IMG/VR virus record: IMGVR_UViG_3300009656_000002
Origin: a virus
Strand: one strand, 5' to 3'
Length of the DNA: 51,248 nucleotides
The number at the start of each line of letters is the position of its first letter. Position 1 is the first letter of the stretch. The notes below the pieces were generated by a model. It had not been told where the DNA came from and did not search any database. It was given only the letters and a program-made list of their open reading frames with translations. This document shows positions 27,114 through 36,003 of the stretch, piece after piece. The position numbers and the translations under genes are program-made.

Positions 27114-27479
27114 ATGGCGGATACCGCCACCCCCACCGTCTTCGAGCCGAAGGAGCGCGAGAAGGTCGCGCTCATCATCGGCGGCGAGGAGGTCGACATC
27201 ACGCGGATCCCCATGAGGACGCTCATCAAGGTGCTCGACCTCGTCGGGACGGACGCCGAGAACCTCGGGATGGGGAACTACGAGAAGACGTTAACCGCCG
27301 TCGCGCTCGTGTGCGAGCCCAAGAACGAGGCCGTGACCAAGGACTTCCTCCTGGACCTCGACGCCTTCGACGAGGTGATCCCCGCGCTCGCCTTCGTCAT
27401 GGCGTACGTGAACCGGCGGGCCGCGGAGTTCAAGGCCGTCACGGACGCGGAAAAAAACCCGACGGTCTTATCGAGTTAG
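27114..27479 (+). CDS. Tail assembly chaperone (G-like)
   Basis: Between tail tube and TMP; ends just after the slippery site. Confidence 0.75.
   Translation: MADTATPTVFEPKEREKVALIIGGEEVDITRIPMRTLIKVLDLVGTDAENLGMGNYEKTLTAVALVCEPKNEAVTKDFLLDLDAFDEVIPALAFVMAYVNRRAAEFKAVTDAEKNPTVLSS
27452..27458 (+). other. -1 programmed ribosomal frameshift heptamer A AAA AAC
   Basis: X XXY YYZ consensus; the -1 frame stays open to 27748 (YGWTPDYILDRL). Confidence 0.8.
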
Positions 27480-27748
27480 TCGCCGCGCTCGGTATGATCT
27501 ACGGCTGGACGCCTGACTACATCCTGGACAGGCTGACGGTCGAGGACGCGGTGCGATTCGTCGCCGCCGGCTCGCGGCTCATGGGAGGCGGTCGCCGCCC
27601 CGGGCTCCAGCCGGCGCTCTCGGCCGCGGGCCCGGGGAACTATCCGGAATCTCCGGATAGTTCGGCGCGGAGTGCTCCCGATCACGAGCTCGGCACCTAC
27701 CAGGAGCCCGACCGGGCGGGCTTCTGGAAGGTCGCCACGGGGAACTAG
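27458..27748 (+). CDS. Tail chaperone frameshift extension (T-like)
   Basis: No own start codon needed; GWTPDYIL motif typical of gpT; abuts TMP. Confidence 0.7.
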   Translation, partial: PDGLIELVAALGMIYGWTPDYILDRLTVEDAVRFVAAGSRLMGGGRRPGLQPALSAAGPGNYPESPDSSARSAPDHELGTYQEPDRAGFWKVATGN

Positions 27749-30700
27749 ATGGCGAACACAATCGAAGAGCTCTCATACAAGTTCGGCGTCGACCTCGACG
27801 ACCTCAAGGCGGGCTTCGCGGAGGCCGGCGCGGACGTCGCGACCTTCTCCGCCGAGACGACCGCGAACCTCCAACAGGCGCGGATCCAGTTCGAGGCGTG
27901 GGCCGACTCCCAGCGGGAATGGGCCGCGGAGGTCCAGAAATACGCCAACGGGGAGTATTCGGTCTATTCCGTCCGGGGCGTGAGCGACGACGCCCTCTCT
28001 CGCGCCAGCGGGATCGAGGACGTGATCGCGGCCCGCGAAAAGGAGCTCTTCGCGACCGAAGCGGTCACCGGGGCCCTACGCGACCAGGCCACGGCCGCGG
28101 ACGAGGCCCGGGCCGCGGAGGCCGCGCTCAAGACCGAGCTCGACGCCCTCAATGCGTCGGCGGAGACCCTCGGCCGGGGTCTCGAAATCCTCGGCGGGAT
28201 CCTCGTCGGGCTCGGCTCGGCGACCATTCTTCTCAGGGACGACGCCCGCCAGATGGAGGCTTCGTTCGCGACCACGGCGCTCGCCATGAACGCCGACGCG
28301 GAGGCCGTGGAGGATCTCGGGTACTCGCTCCAGTCGGTCACGGACCCGATCGCCGACGTCGCGGGCGCCATGGACTACTTGAGCCGGGCCGGGGTCGACG
28401 ACATCGAGACCATGGGCCGGCTCACGGACGCCCTCGGGCTCCTCTCGACCGCGGTCGACGCGCCGGCCTCCAGCCTCGCGCGGACCCTCGTCCCGGCCCT
28501 CCAGGCGATGAACGAGCCCCTCGCGAACCTTCCCCAGTACGTCGACGGCTTTACGGCGATGTTCCGGGAGAGCACGGTCGAGATCGGCGAGTTTTCCAGC
28601 TTCATCCGGCGCGTCGGGCCCGACCTCCAGGATCTCGGGCTCTCCCTGACGGACGTCATGGCGATCGTCATGGCCCTGACGGAGCGGGGGATCGAGGGCT
28701 ACACGGCATTTCGGAAGATCAACGAGGCCATCCGGGAGGTCAAGGGGGCCGCGGAAGAGCTCGAAACCCTCGTCGACCAACAGGAGCGGCTCGGCGACCG
28801 GATCGAGGACACGGCCGCGGCGATCGCGAAGTACGAGGCGAGCCTCTCGCTCTCGACCGAACAAATCGAACGCATGGCGGACGCGACCGACGGCGCCGAT
28901 AAGGCCCTCGCCCGGCTCGCGAGCCGGGCCCGGGACGTCGAAGAGGCCATGGCCGACTACGCCCGGACGGCCGCGGACGACGCCGCCGAGGCCGCCGAAC
29001 GCCTGGCGGAGGTCCACGAACGGGCCGCGGCACGGGTCGCCGAGTTCGAGGAGCGGATCGCCGACACGGCGCGGGCCGTCGAGCGATACCGGCGGAACTC
29101 CGCCGAACGCGCCGCGGAGGCCGTGGAGGCCCTCGCGGACGCGCACGAGAGCGCCGCCGACCGGATCGCCGACTACCAGGAGCGGATCGAGGCGACCGAA
29201 AAGGCCGTCGCCCGGTACACGGAGGACGCCGCGGAGAAGGCAGCGAAGGCCGCGGACGACATCGCGGACGCCCACGAACGGGCCGCGGAGCGGATCACCG
29301 ACTACGAAGAGCGGATCGTCTCCACGCGCGAGGCGGTGATCCGGTATCGCCAGGACGCGATCGAGAAGGCCGCGGATGCGGAGGAGCGGCTCGCCGCGGC
29401 CCACGAGACGGCCGCCGAGAAGCTCGCCGACTACGACGAGAAGATCGCGAAGCTCACGGCCCGGCGGGACGAGGGGCTCCCGGGGCTCGTGCTCGCGGAC
29501 CCCGACACGTCCGCCGCGGACGCCGAGATCGCGAAGCTCGAAGCGGCCCGGCAGAAAGTGGTCGATAATCTCGCGAAGACGGACGCGAAATACGAACGCG
29601 ACCGCCGGAAGGCCATCGTCGCGGAGGCCGAGTATTACGACGCCTCCCAGAAGAAGGTCGCGGATTACCAGAAGGCGATCGAAAAGACGAAGGCCGACCT
29701 CGTCGAGGCGGACGAGGAGTACGCGAAGGCCCGGGCCCGGGCGCTCCGGGACGAGGCCGACTACTTCGAGCGCTCCCAGAAGGCGCTCGACGACTACGCG
29801 AAGGGGATCGCGGACACCAGGGAGGGGCTCGCCGACACGGAGGCCCGGTACGCGAAGGACCGGGCGAAACAGGCCGAGGCGGACGCCGAGTACTACCGGA
29901 CGCAACAGAAGCGGGTCGCGGACTACCGGGCGAGCATCGCGCAAACGCGCGAGGACGAGGCGAAGGCCGAAGCGGACGCCGCGAAGGAGGCCGAACGCCG
30001 GAAGGAGCGCGAGGCCGAGTATTACGAGGACCAACGCGAACGCCTGGCAGAGATCGCGGCCCAGAAGGTCGAGATAGAGGAGGAGCTCGCGAAGGCCCTC
30101 CAGAAGATCCGGGACGAGACCGTCCCGACGGAGGAGGAGACCCGGGCGTACGAACGGAACCGGGATCTCCTCGCCGACCTGAAGACCGATTACGACGAGC
30201 TCACGACCACGATCGACGAGAAGACCGCGGCCCTCAACCGCCAGCTCACGCCCCAGGAGAGGCTCGCCGAGCTCCTCGGGATCTCGCTCGACGACCTCAA
30301 GACGTACAACGACCTGACGGCCGACGGGACGGGGAAGGCGAAGGACTACGCCGCGGCGCAAGAGATCGCCGTCGGCACCATGGATCGCTGGGGCTACTGG
30401 CTCACGACCCTGAAGCAACAGGCCGCGGACCTCCTGGCGCCCCTCGAACCCCTCGCCCCGGTCTTCATCGGGTTAGGGGGAGCGCTCGCCTTCCTCGGCG
30501 GGCTTTTGCCCACCGTCGTCGCCCTCCTGGGGCCCGAGGCGGTCGCGGGCGGTGCCGGGCTCTCCGGGGCCCTCGTATCGCTCGCGGCGGCGGCGGCCAC
30601 GAGCTTGAACCCGGTCCTCCTCCTCCTCGGCGCGCTCTCCGGGGGCGCGGCGATCCTCTGGGGCATGTGGACCGCGTCGGAAGATCTGCGGACGTCCGTC

Positions 30701-32458
30701 GGGAACCTCCTGGGGGCGTTTTCCAGGGTCGGCGACGGCTTCATGGCGTGGGCCGGCGGGGTCTACGAGTTTCTGAGCACGAAGATCGGCGGGGCCCTTA
30801 AGTTCCTGGGGGACTTCTACGCCGAACAATTAACAAAAATCACCGACTGGATGGCCGGGGACGGCGCCGGGGTGATCGAATTTCTCCAGTCGGCCGCCGC
30901 GTGGATCGGCGATCGCCTGGTCGGCGCGCTCGGCCTCTTCGTCGACATCTGGCAGATGTACGTCGCTCCGCCCCTCATGTGGCTCGTCGACAAGGGGCTC
31001 GACGTGCTCCTCTGGGGGCTCGGGGTGCTCGGCGACTGGTTCACGTCCCCGGCCATCCAGCACGGCTTCAGGACGGCGAGCGAGCTCCTCGGCGAGGTCT
31101 GGACATGGATGGGGAAGGTCGGCGCGATCTTCGAGGCCGCGGCCGGGCTCATCGGTGAGGCCGTCGGCGCGATCGTCGACATCCTCAGCGGCAAGGAGAC
31201 CAAGCACGACATGGCCGGCGCCGCCGGGAAGGTCTGGACGGCGATCGGGGACGCGATCCCGGGGGCGTGGAAGCTCATCACGGGCGCGGTCTCGTTCGCC
31301 TGGGACCGCCTCGTCGACTGGGTCGAAGACCCCGGGCCCATGGGCGCGTGCGGGATGCTCACGACCGCGGTCGGCACGGTCTGGACGGCGCTCAAGGTCG
31401 CGGTCCCAGTCGCCTGGGATCTCATCCAGGACGCGCTCGGGTATGCGTGGGATCTCATCGTCGGCTGGGTCAAAGACCCCGGGCCGAACGGCGCGCTCGG
31501 CACGGCCACGGCCGCCATGGGCGCGATCTGGAGCGAGATCGAGCTCGCGATCCCGGCCGCGTGGGAGCTCGTGCTCGGGGCCGTGAAGGCCGCGATCGGG
31601 CTCATCGCCGGGTGGATCACCGACCCGGGCCCGGGCGGGGCCCTCGGGATGCTCGTCGGCGCGGTCGGCGCCATCTGGAAGGGGATCGAGGGCGGGATCG
31701 AGGGCGCGTGGGACGGCATCAAGACGGCCCTCTACAAAGCGACCGTCGGGGTCTACAACTTCATGATCACCGACTCGCCCCTCAACAAGCTCGTGTCGTG
31801 GGCCGCGAACATCTGGCAGGGCATCGTCGACACCTTCAGCCAGTCGATCACGGTCACCGCGCCTACGGTCGTTAAGGCGCCGGCCGTCGTGCCCCCGGGC
31901 CAGGTCGGCGGGTACAACCCCCAGACGGGCCAACCCGCGGGCCCCGCGGCACCGGCGCCGAGCGCGTCGGCGCCCGTGGCCCACATGGACTACTCGCCCC
32001 AGTTCGGCGGGGCGCCCCTCACGGTCTCGTTCGACGCCTCCGGGTCGTCCGGGAGCATCACGAGCTACGACTGGGACTTCGGCGACGGCACCGGAGGGTC
32101 GGGAAAGCGGGTCACGCACACGTACAATTACACGGGGACGTATTACCCCCGGCTCACCGTCCGCGGGCCCGGGGGCTCGTCCTCGTGGTCCGGGTGGATC
32201 ACGGTCTCGGGCGGCGGCGCGCACGGCGCCCCGGTCCATCACCAGGGCGGGATCTTCCGGGCCCCGCCGGGCCAGGACGAGGGGATCGCCGTGCTCCAGG
32301 ACGGCGAGAAAGTCATCCCCGTGGGACAGGTTAAAGCCGATGGAGGAGACATAAACATTAACATATATAACCCGGACCCCGAGACCCCCTCGCGCTCCCT
32401 CGTGAAGGCCAGGAGCGCGGCCCGGCAGATCCTCGGGAGCCGGGGGGTGTCCCCATGA
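27749..32458 (+). CDS. Tape measure protein with C-terminal PKD domain
   Basis: 1569 aa; Ala/Glu helical repeats of about 40 aa, hydrophobic segments, DPGP repeats; YDWDFGDG...VTHTY..G.Y..RLTV. Confidence 0.9.
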   Translation: MANTIEELSYKFGVDLDDLKAGFAEAGADVATFSAETTANLQQARIQFEAWADSQREWAAEVQKYANGEYSVYSVRGVSDDALSRASGIEDVIAAREKELFATEAVTGALRDQATAADEARAAEAALKTELDALNASAETLGRGLEILGGILVGLGSATILLRDDARQMEASFATTALAMNADAEAVEDLGYSLQSVTDPIADVAGAMDYLSRAGVDDIETMGRLTDALGLLSTAVDAPASSLARTLVPALQAMNEPLANLPQYVDGFTAMFRESTVEIGEFSSFIRRVGPDLQDLGLSLTDVMAIVMALTERGIEGYTAFRKINEAIREVKGAAEELETLVDQQERLGDRIEDTAAAIAKYEASLSLSTEQIERMADATDGADKALARLASRARDVEEAMADYARTAADDAAEAAERLAEVHERAAARVAEFEERIADTARAVERYRRNSAERAAEAVEALADAHESAADRIADYQERIEATEKAVARYTEDAAEKAAKAADDIADAHERAAERITDYEERIVSTREAVIRYRQDAIEKAADAEERLAAAHETAAEKLADYDEKIAKLTARRDEGLPGLVLADPDTSAADAEIAKLEAARQKVVDNLAKTDAKYERDRRKAIVAEAEYYDASQKKVADYQKAIEKTKADLVEADEEYAKARARALRDEADYFERSQKALDDYAKGIADTREGLADTEARYAKDRAKQAEADAEYYRTQQKRVADYRASIAQTREDEAKAEADAAKEAERRKEREAEYYEDQRERLAEIAAQKVEIEEELAKALQKIRDETVPTEEETRAYERNRDLLADLKTDYDELTTTIDEKTAALNRQLTPQERLAELLGISLDDLKTYNDLTADGTGKAKDYAAAQEIAVGTMDRWGYWLTTLKQQAADLLAPLEPLAPVFIGLGGALAFLGGLLPTVVALLGPEAVAGGAGLSGALVSLAAAAATSLNPVLLLLGALSGGAAILWGMWTASEDLRTSVGNLLGAFSRVGDGFMAWAGGVYEFLSTKIGGALKFLGDFYAEQLTKITDWMAGDGAGVIEFLQSAAAWIGDRLVGALGLFVDIWQMYVAPPLMWLVDKGLDVLLWGLGVLGDWFTSPAIQHGFRTASELLGEVWTWMGKVGAIFEAAAGLIGEAVGAIVDILSGKETKHDMAGAAGKVWTAIGDAIPGAWKLITGAVSFAWDRLVDWVEDPGPMGACGMLTTAVGTVWTALKVAVPVAWDLIQDALGYAWDLIVGWVKDPGPNGALGTATAAMGAIWSEIELAIPAAWELVLGAVKAAIGLIAGWITDPGPGGALGMLVGAVGAIWKGIEGGIEGAWDGIKTALYKATVGVYNFMITDSPLNKLVSWAANIWQGIVDTFSQSITVTAPTVVKAPAVVPPGQVGGYNPQTGQPAGPAAPAPSASAPVAHMDYSPQFGGAPLTVSFDASGSSGSITSYDWDFGDGTGGSGKRVTHTYNYTGTYYPRLTVRGPGGSSSWSGWITVSGGGAHGAPVHHQGGIFRAPPGQDEGIAVLQDGEKVIPVGQVKADGGDININIYNPDPETPSRSLVKARSAARQILGSRGVSP

Positions 32459-33354
32459 CGGAACGCTTTTACTGGACCCCGCCGGGGTCGGCGATCGAGG
32501 TGCCCCTCATCGAGCCGACCTACGTCCCCCAGGCCGGCCGGACGGGTCTGGACAACATCGGGGCCACCCTCTACTCGGCGAGGGCGCCGTATGAGGACGG
32601 GGCGCGGGCGATAGGCGGGAGCTTCGACCCCCGCGAGGTCGTCTTCCCGTTCGTCATGATCGCCGAAGACCCGGCGACCATGCCGGCCCTCCGGCGCGCG
32701 ACCATGCGGTTGTTCGCGCCGAACGCCGGCGTCGGCGTGCTCCGGTGGGTCCACGAGGACGGCGTGTCCTGGGTGCTCCGGTGCCGGGTCGTCGAGGGCG
32801 TCCGGTGGGATCCCCCGGGGGCGCTCGGCCAACACCGGCTCAAGGGGACGCTCGTCCTCCAGGCGGACGACCCCTTCTTCTACGACGCGGCGCTCAACAC
32901 AGCGAGCGCGCCGATGTTCACCGGGGGATGGTCCCTCGGGGCCGGCGATCCCCCGGGGACGGGCGAGTGGGGCTTCCCCCTCTCGTTCGGTGAGAGGACG
33001 GGCGTGATCGCCGTGAACAACGCCGGCGACGTCGCCGTCCCGTGCACGCTCACCCTGACGGGCCCGGCACGGTATCCCCAGTTCGAGAACCTGACGACCG
33101 GGGACGTCTGGAAATGCACCCAGCCCCTCCTCGCCGGCGAGCAACTGATCGTCTCCAGCGTCTTCGGCGCCAAAACGGTCTACCACTTCAACCCGGCCAC
33201 GGGGGTCCGGACGAACGCGCTCGCGACCCTCCGCATGGGCTCGCAATGGATCGACCTCGTCCCCGGGCCGAACGAGATCTCGTTCGCGGGCTCGGAGAGC
33301 GCCGAGAGCGCCACGCTGACCGTTGAATGGTATGCCAGGTATTTAGGAGCTTAG
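32455..33354 (+). CDS. Distal tail protein (Dit-like)
   Basis: Follows TMP; L.ADDPFFY, NAGDVAVP..LTLTGP and L.PG.N.I motifs. Confidence 0.8.
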   Translation: MTERFYWTPPGSAIEVPLIEPTYVPQAGRTGLDNIGATLYSARAPYEDGARAIGGSFDPREVVFPFVMIAEDPATMPALRRATMRLFAPNAGVGVLRWVHEDGVSWVLRCRVVEGVRWDPPGALGQHRLKGTLVLQADDPFFYDAALNTASAPMFTGGWSLGAGDPPGTGEWGFPLSFGERTGVIAVNNAGDVAVPCTLTLTGPARYPQFENLTTGDVWKCTQPLLAGEQLIVSSVFGAKTVYHFNPATGVRTNALATLRMGSQWIDLVPGPNEISFAGSESAESATLTVEWYARYLGA

Positions 33355-33358
33355 TAGT

Positions 33359-33772
33359 ATGTCAATCAGAGCTAGACTCACAACCAAGGACGGGACTCTG
33401 GCCGACGCGGCCAACCCGATCCACACGACGGGGGGAGCCCCCACCGTCACGAAGGCGACCGGGAGCGCGGCGATCGCGCTCTCGTACACGCACGCGACCG
33501 AGGCGTTCGTGCTCGACGCGGTGACCGTCCACTTCAACGCGGCGCCGGCCGCGGCCGGCGACCTCACCGTCACGCTCGACAGCGCCCAAGGGGCCGCGTA
33601 CGATACGGTCCTGGCACGGGTCGACCCGTCCGCGACCGTCGCGACCGACATCGTGGTCGGGTTCGACGGCGGGGCGCTCCCGTGCGAGCCGGGCGACGCG
33701 GTCGTGGTCGCGTACGCGAACCCGAGCGCCCGGACGTTCGGCGCGACCATCCGCACGCGGCGGGTGGGGTGA
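33359..33772 (+). CDS. Hypothetical tail-region protein
   Basis: Beta-rich, in tail operon. Confidence 0.55.
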   Translation: MSIRARLTTKDGTLADAANPIHTTGGAPTVTKATGSAAIALSYTHATEAFVLDAVTVHFNAAPAAAGDLTVTLDSAQGAAYDTVLARVDPSATVATDIVVGFDGGALPCEPGDAVVVAYANPSARTFGATIRTRRVG

Positions 33773-33773
33773 G

Positions 33774-35312
33774 ATGGCTCCGAAGATCACCGTCAACGGC
33801 CGCCGCGTCGGGGAGTACGGCGGCTATGACGCCCTGGTCTACCAGGACGGCGGCACCGTCACCGCCGAGAACCGGCACGGCGCGACTATCTCAAGCAGCG
33901 ACGACGCCGCGACCGTCCTCCAGGCGGCGATCACCCCCGGCGGGACCGTCCTCGTCGACGCCGGCGAATACGTGCTGGAGGCGACGCAGACCCCGGACTT
34001 CTCCTTCGCGTACAGCGTCTGCCTCATCGTCCCGCCGAGCAAAACCACCCGCCTCATCGGCGCGGGCTCGGGGGCGACGACGCTGAAGCTCGCCGACGGC
34101 CAGAACGCCGTGGACCGCGGGGCCCTGATGATCATGGCCACGGGCCAGAAGGCCGGCGGCGTCTACGGGCCGACGTACGACGGGCTCGAGATCGCCGGGA
34201 TGACCCTGGACGGCAACAAGGCCAACCAGACCCTCGGCCCGATCTGGATCGACGGCTCCGGGCTCATCCTCACCGGGGGCAAGCGGGCCGGCACGGTCTA
34301 CGATCGCTACGGGCTCCACCTGCACGACCTCGAGCTGAAGAACAGCCAGGCGGCGGCGGTCTACTGCGGCAACAACTCGGGGGGCGTGGAGAACTTCGCC
34401 CTCCTCGATCACCTCTACGTGCACGACTGCGGCGCCCGGGCCATCGAGATCGACTTTACGGACCACGTCACCGCTCGAAACATCCTGACCCACAACAACG
34501 GCGAGGACTACGCATCGGCCGCGTTCACGGGGATCATCGCGCACAACAACCCCGCCACGCTCGGGGCGCGCACGATGGCCGACCGGCTCGTCCTCGAGAA
34601 CGTCACCACGTACGACCGGCTCTACCTCAAAAACCTGCAACGGCCCGTCGTCCGCGGGCTCTACTCCGACACGACCGCGATCACCGATGCGGCGAACGTC
34701 TGCGGGGTGAACCTGTACCGCTGTTACGAGGCGGTGGTCGAGGTCGACTACGTCGCCGCGCCGACGGTCGGGATCTGGGCCCACTCGTACGTCCCCGAGG
34801 GCGGGAGCGCGCTGACCGTCCCGGTCGCCTACATCCACAACCGGGGGCTCATCGTCGCCGCGACGCCGGTGAAGGCCGACTATGGCGCGTTCGTCCACCT
34901 CGACGGCGGGGAGATCCGGGGCATCCCGGACGCGACCTGCTACGGGTTCTACGTCGACGCCGCCGGGAACCACTGTTCCAACGTCTACTTCGGCACCGAC
35001 CTCGACTACCTGATCGCGGGCGGCACCGGGTCCACGACCCTCACCGGGTGCCGGTCGGCGGCGGCCCTCCCGAGCTCCGGCACGATCGTCAACTGCGGCG
35101 GCAACGTCAACTTCAAACTCCAGGCGACCGGCACGAGCACCGGCACGGGCTCGGAGCAGACCATCGCCCACGGGCTCCGCGCCGCGCCGACGCGCGTCTC
35201 CGTCACCCCGACCGAGACAGGCGCGACCGTCTCCGCCGTCTGGGCCGACGCCACGAACCTCCACGCCACCGTCACGAGCGGGAAGGCGTACGTCTGGAGC
35301 GCGGAGGTATGA
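33774..35312 (+). CDS. Right-handed beta-helix tail spike/adhesin
   Basis: DDAATVLQAAI..GGTVLV.AG.Y, LIGAG, TLDGNKANQ (pectate-lyase-like) and TIAHGL C-terminus. Confidence 0.75.
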   Translation: MAPKITVNGRRVGEYGGYDALVYQDGGTVTAENRHGATISSSDDAATVLQAAITPGGTVLVDAGEYVLEATQTPDFSFAYSVCLIVPPSKTTRLIGAGSGATTLKLADGQNAVDRGALMIMATGQKAGGVYGPTYDGLEIAGMTLDGNKANQTLGPIWIDGSGLILTGGKRAGTVYDRYGLHLHDLELKNSQAAAVYCGNNSGGVENFALLDHLYVHDCGARAIEIDFTDHVTARNILTHNNGEDYASAAFTGIIAHNNPATLGARTMADRLVLENVTTYDRLYLKNLQRPVVRGLYSDTTAITDAANVCGVNLYRCYEAVVEVDYVAAPTVGIWAHSYVPEGGSALTVPVAYIHNRGLIVAATPVKADYGAFVHLDGGEIRGIPDATCYGFYVDAAGNHCSNVYFGTDLDYLIAGGTGSTTLTGCRSAAALPSSGTIVNCGGNVNFKLQATGTSTGTGSEQTIAHGLRAAPTRVSVTPTETGATVSAVWADATNLHATVTSGKAYVWSAEV

Positions 35313-35692
35313 CCGGCTTCGGCGAGGGGCCGTTCGGGCTCGGGCCGTTCGGCGGCATCGACGACCCGACCGCCACCTACGGCGAGATCGTGCTCTCCGA
35401 GGCCGACATCGCGCCGATCGACCACGAGCCGACGTGCAACGCGACCGACCTCCAGAACGGCCGCGTCCGGCTCCAGGGCTCGAGCGTCTCGCGCCGCGCG
35501 TGGACGATCGACGCCCTGGCCGACGACCACGCCGAGATCGAAGCGCTCGCGGCCCTCACCGGCCAGCACCTGACTCTGAACATCAACGGCGTGGAGTACC
35601 CGGGCGTGATGATCCGGGGAGAGATTGCCGAGGCGCCCCTCGCTCCGTCCTGGTGGGGCTACCGGGTCGACCTCGTCGAGGATCCAGTATAG
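35309..35692 (+). CDS. Hypothetical baseplate-region protein
   Basis: GFGEGPFGLGPFGG N-terminus. Confidence 0.55.
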   Translation: MTGFGEGPFGLGPFGGIDDPTATYGEIVLSEADIAPIDHEPTCNATDLQNGRVRLQGSSVSRRAWTIDALADDHAEIEALAALTGQHLTLNINGVEYPGVMIRGEIAEAPLAPSWWGYRVDLVEDPV

Positions 35693-35705
35693 GAGCATCT
35701 GACAC

Positions 35706-35999
35706 ATGGCACACGACCCGGTCGACTCAAATTCGACCTATACGGCGACCTTCGCGTTCGAGAAGGCCATGCTCGGCGCCTACGCCGGGCGCTGGCAACA
35801 GTTAGTCAACGACAATCTCGACGCCATCGACACAGCGATAGCCGGCCGGGCCGCGGCGAACCACGCGCACACGGGCACGTACGAGCCGGCGATCGCGACC
35901 CTCGCCGTCGCGAAGGGCGGCACGGGGACCGGGACGGCGCCGAGCGCGGGCCAGGTGCTCACCATCGACGAGAACGGCGATCCGATCTGGAGCTCGTGA
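35706..35999 (+). CDS. Small tail fibre-associated protein
   Basis: NDNLDAIDTA, HAHTG and LAVAKGGTG motifs. Confidence 0.6.
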   Translation: MAHDPVDSNSTYTATFAFEKAMLGAYAGRWQQLVNDNLDAIDTAIAGRAAANHAHTGTYEPAIATLAVAKGGTGTGTAPSAGQVLTIDENGDPIWSS

Positions 36000-36003
36000 T
36001 CCC

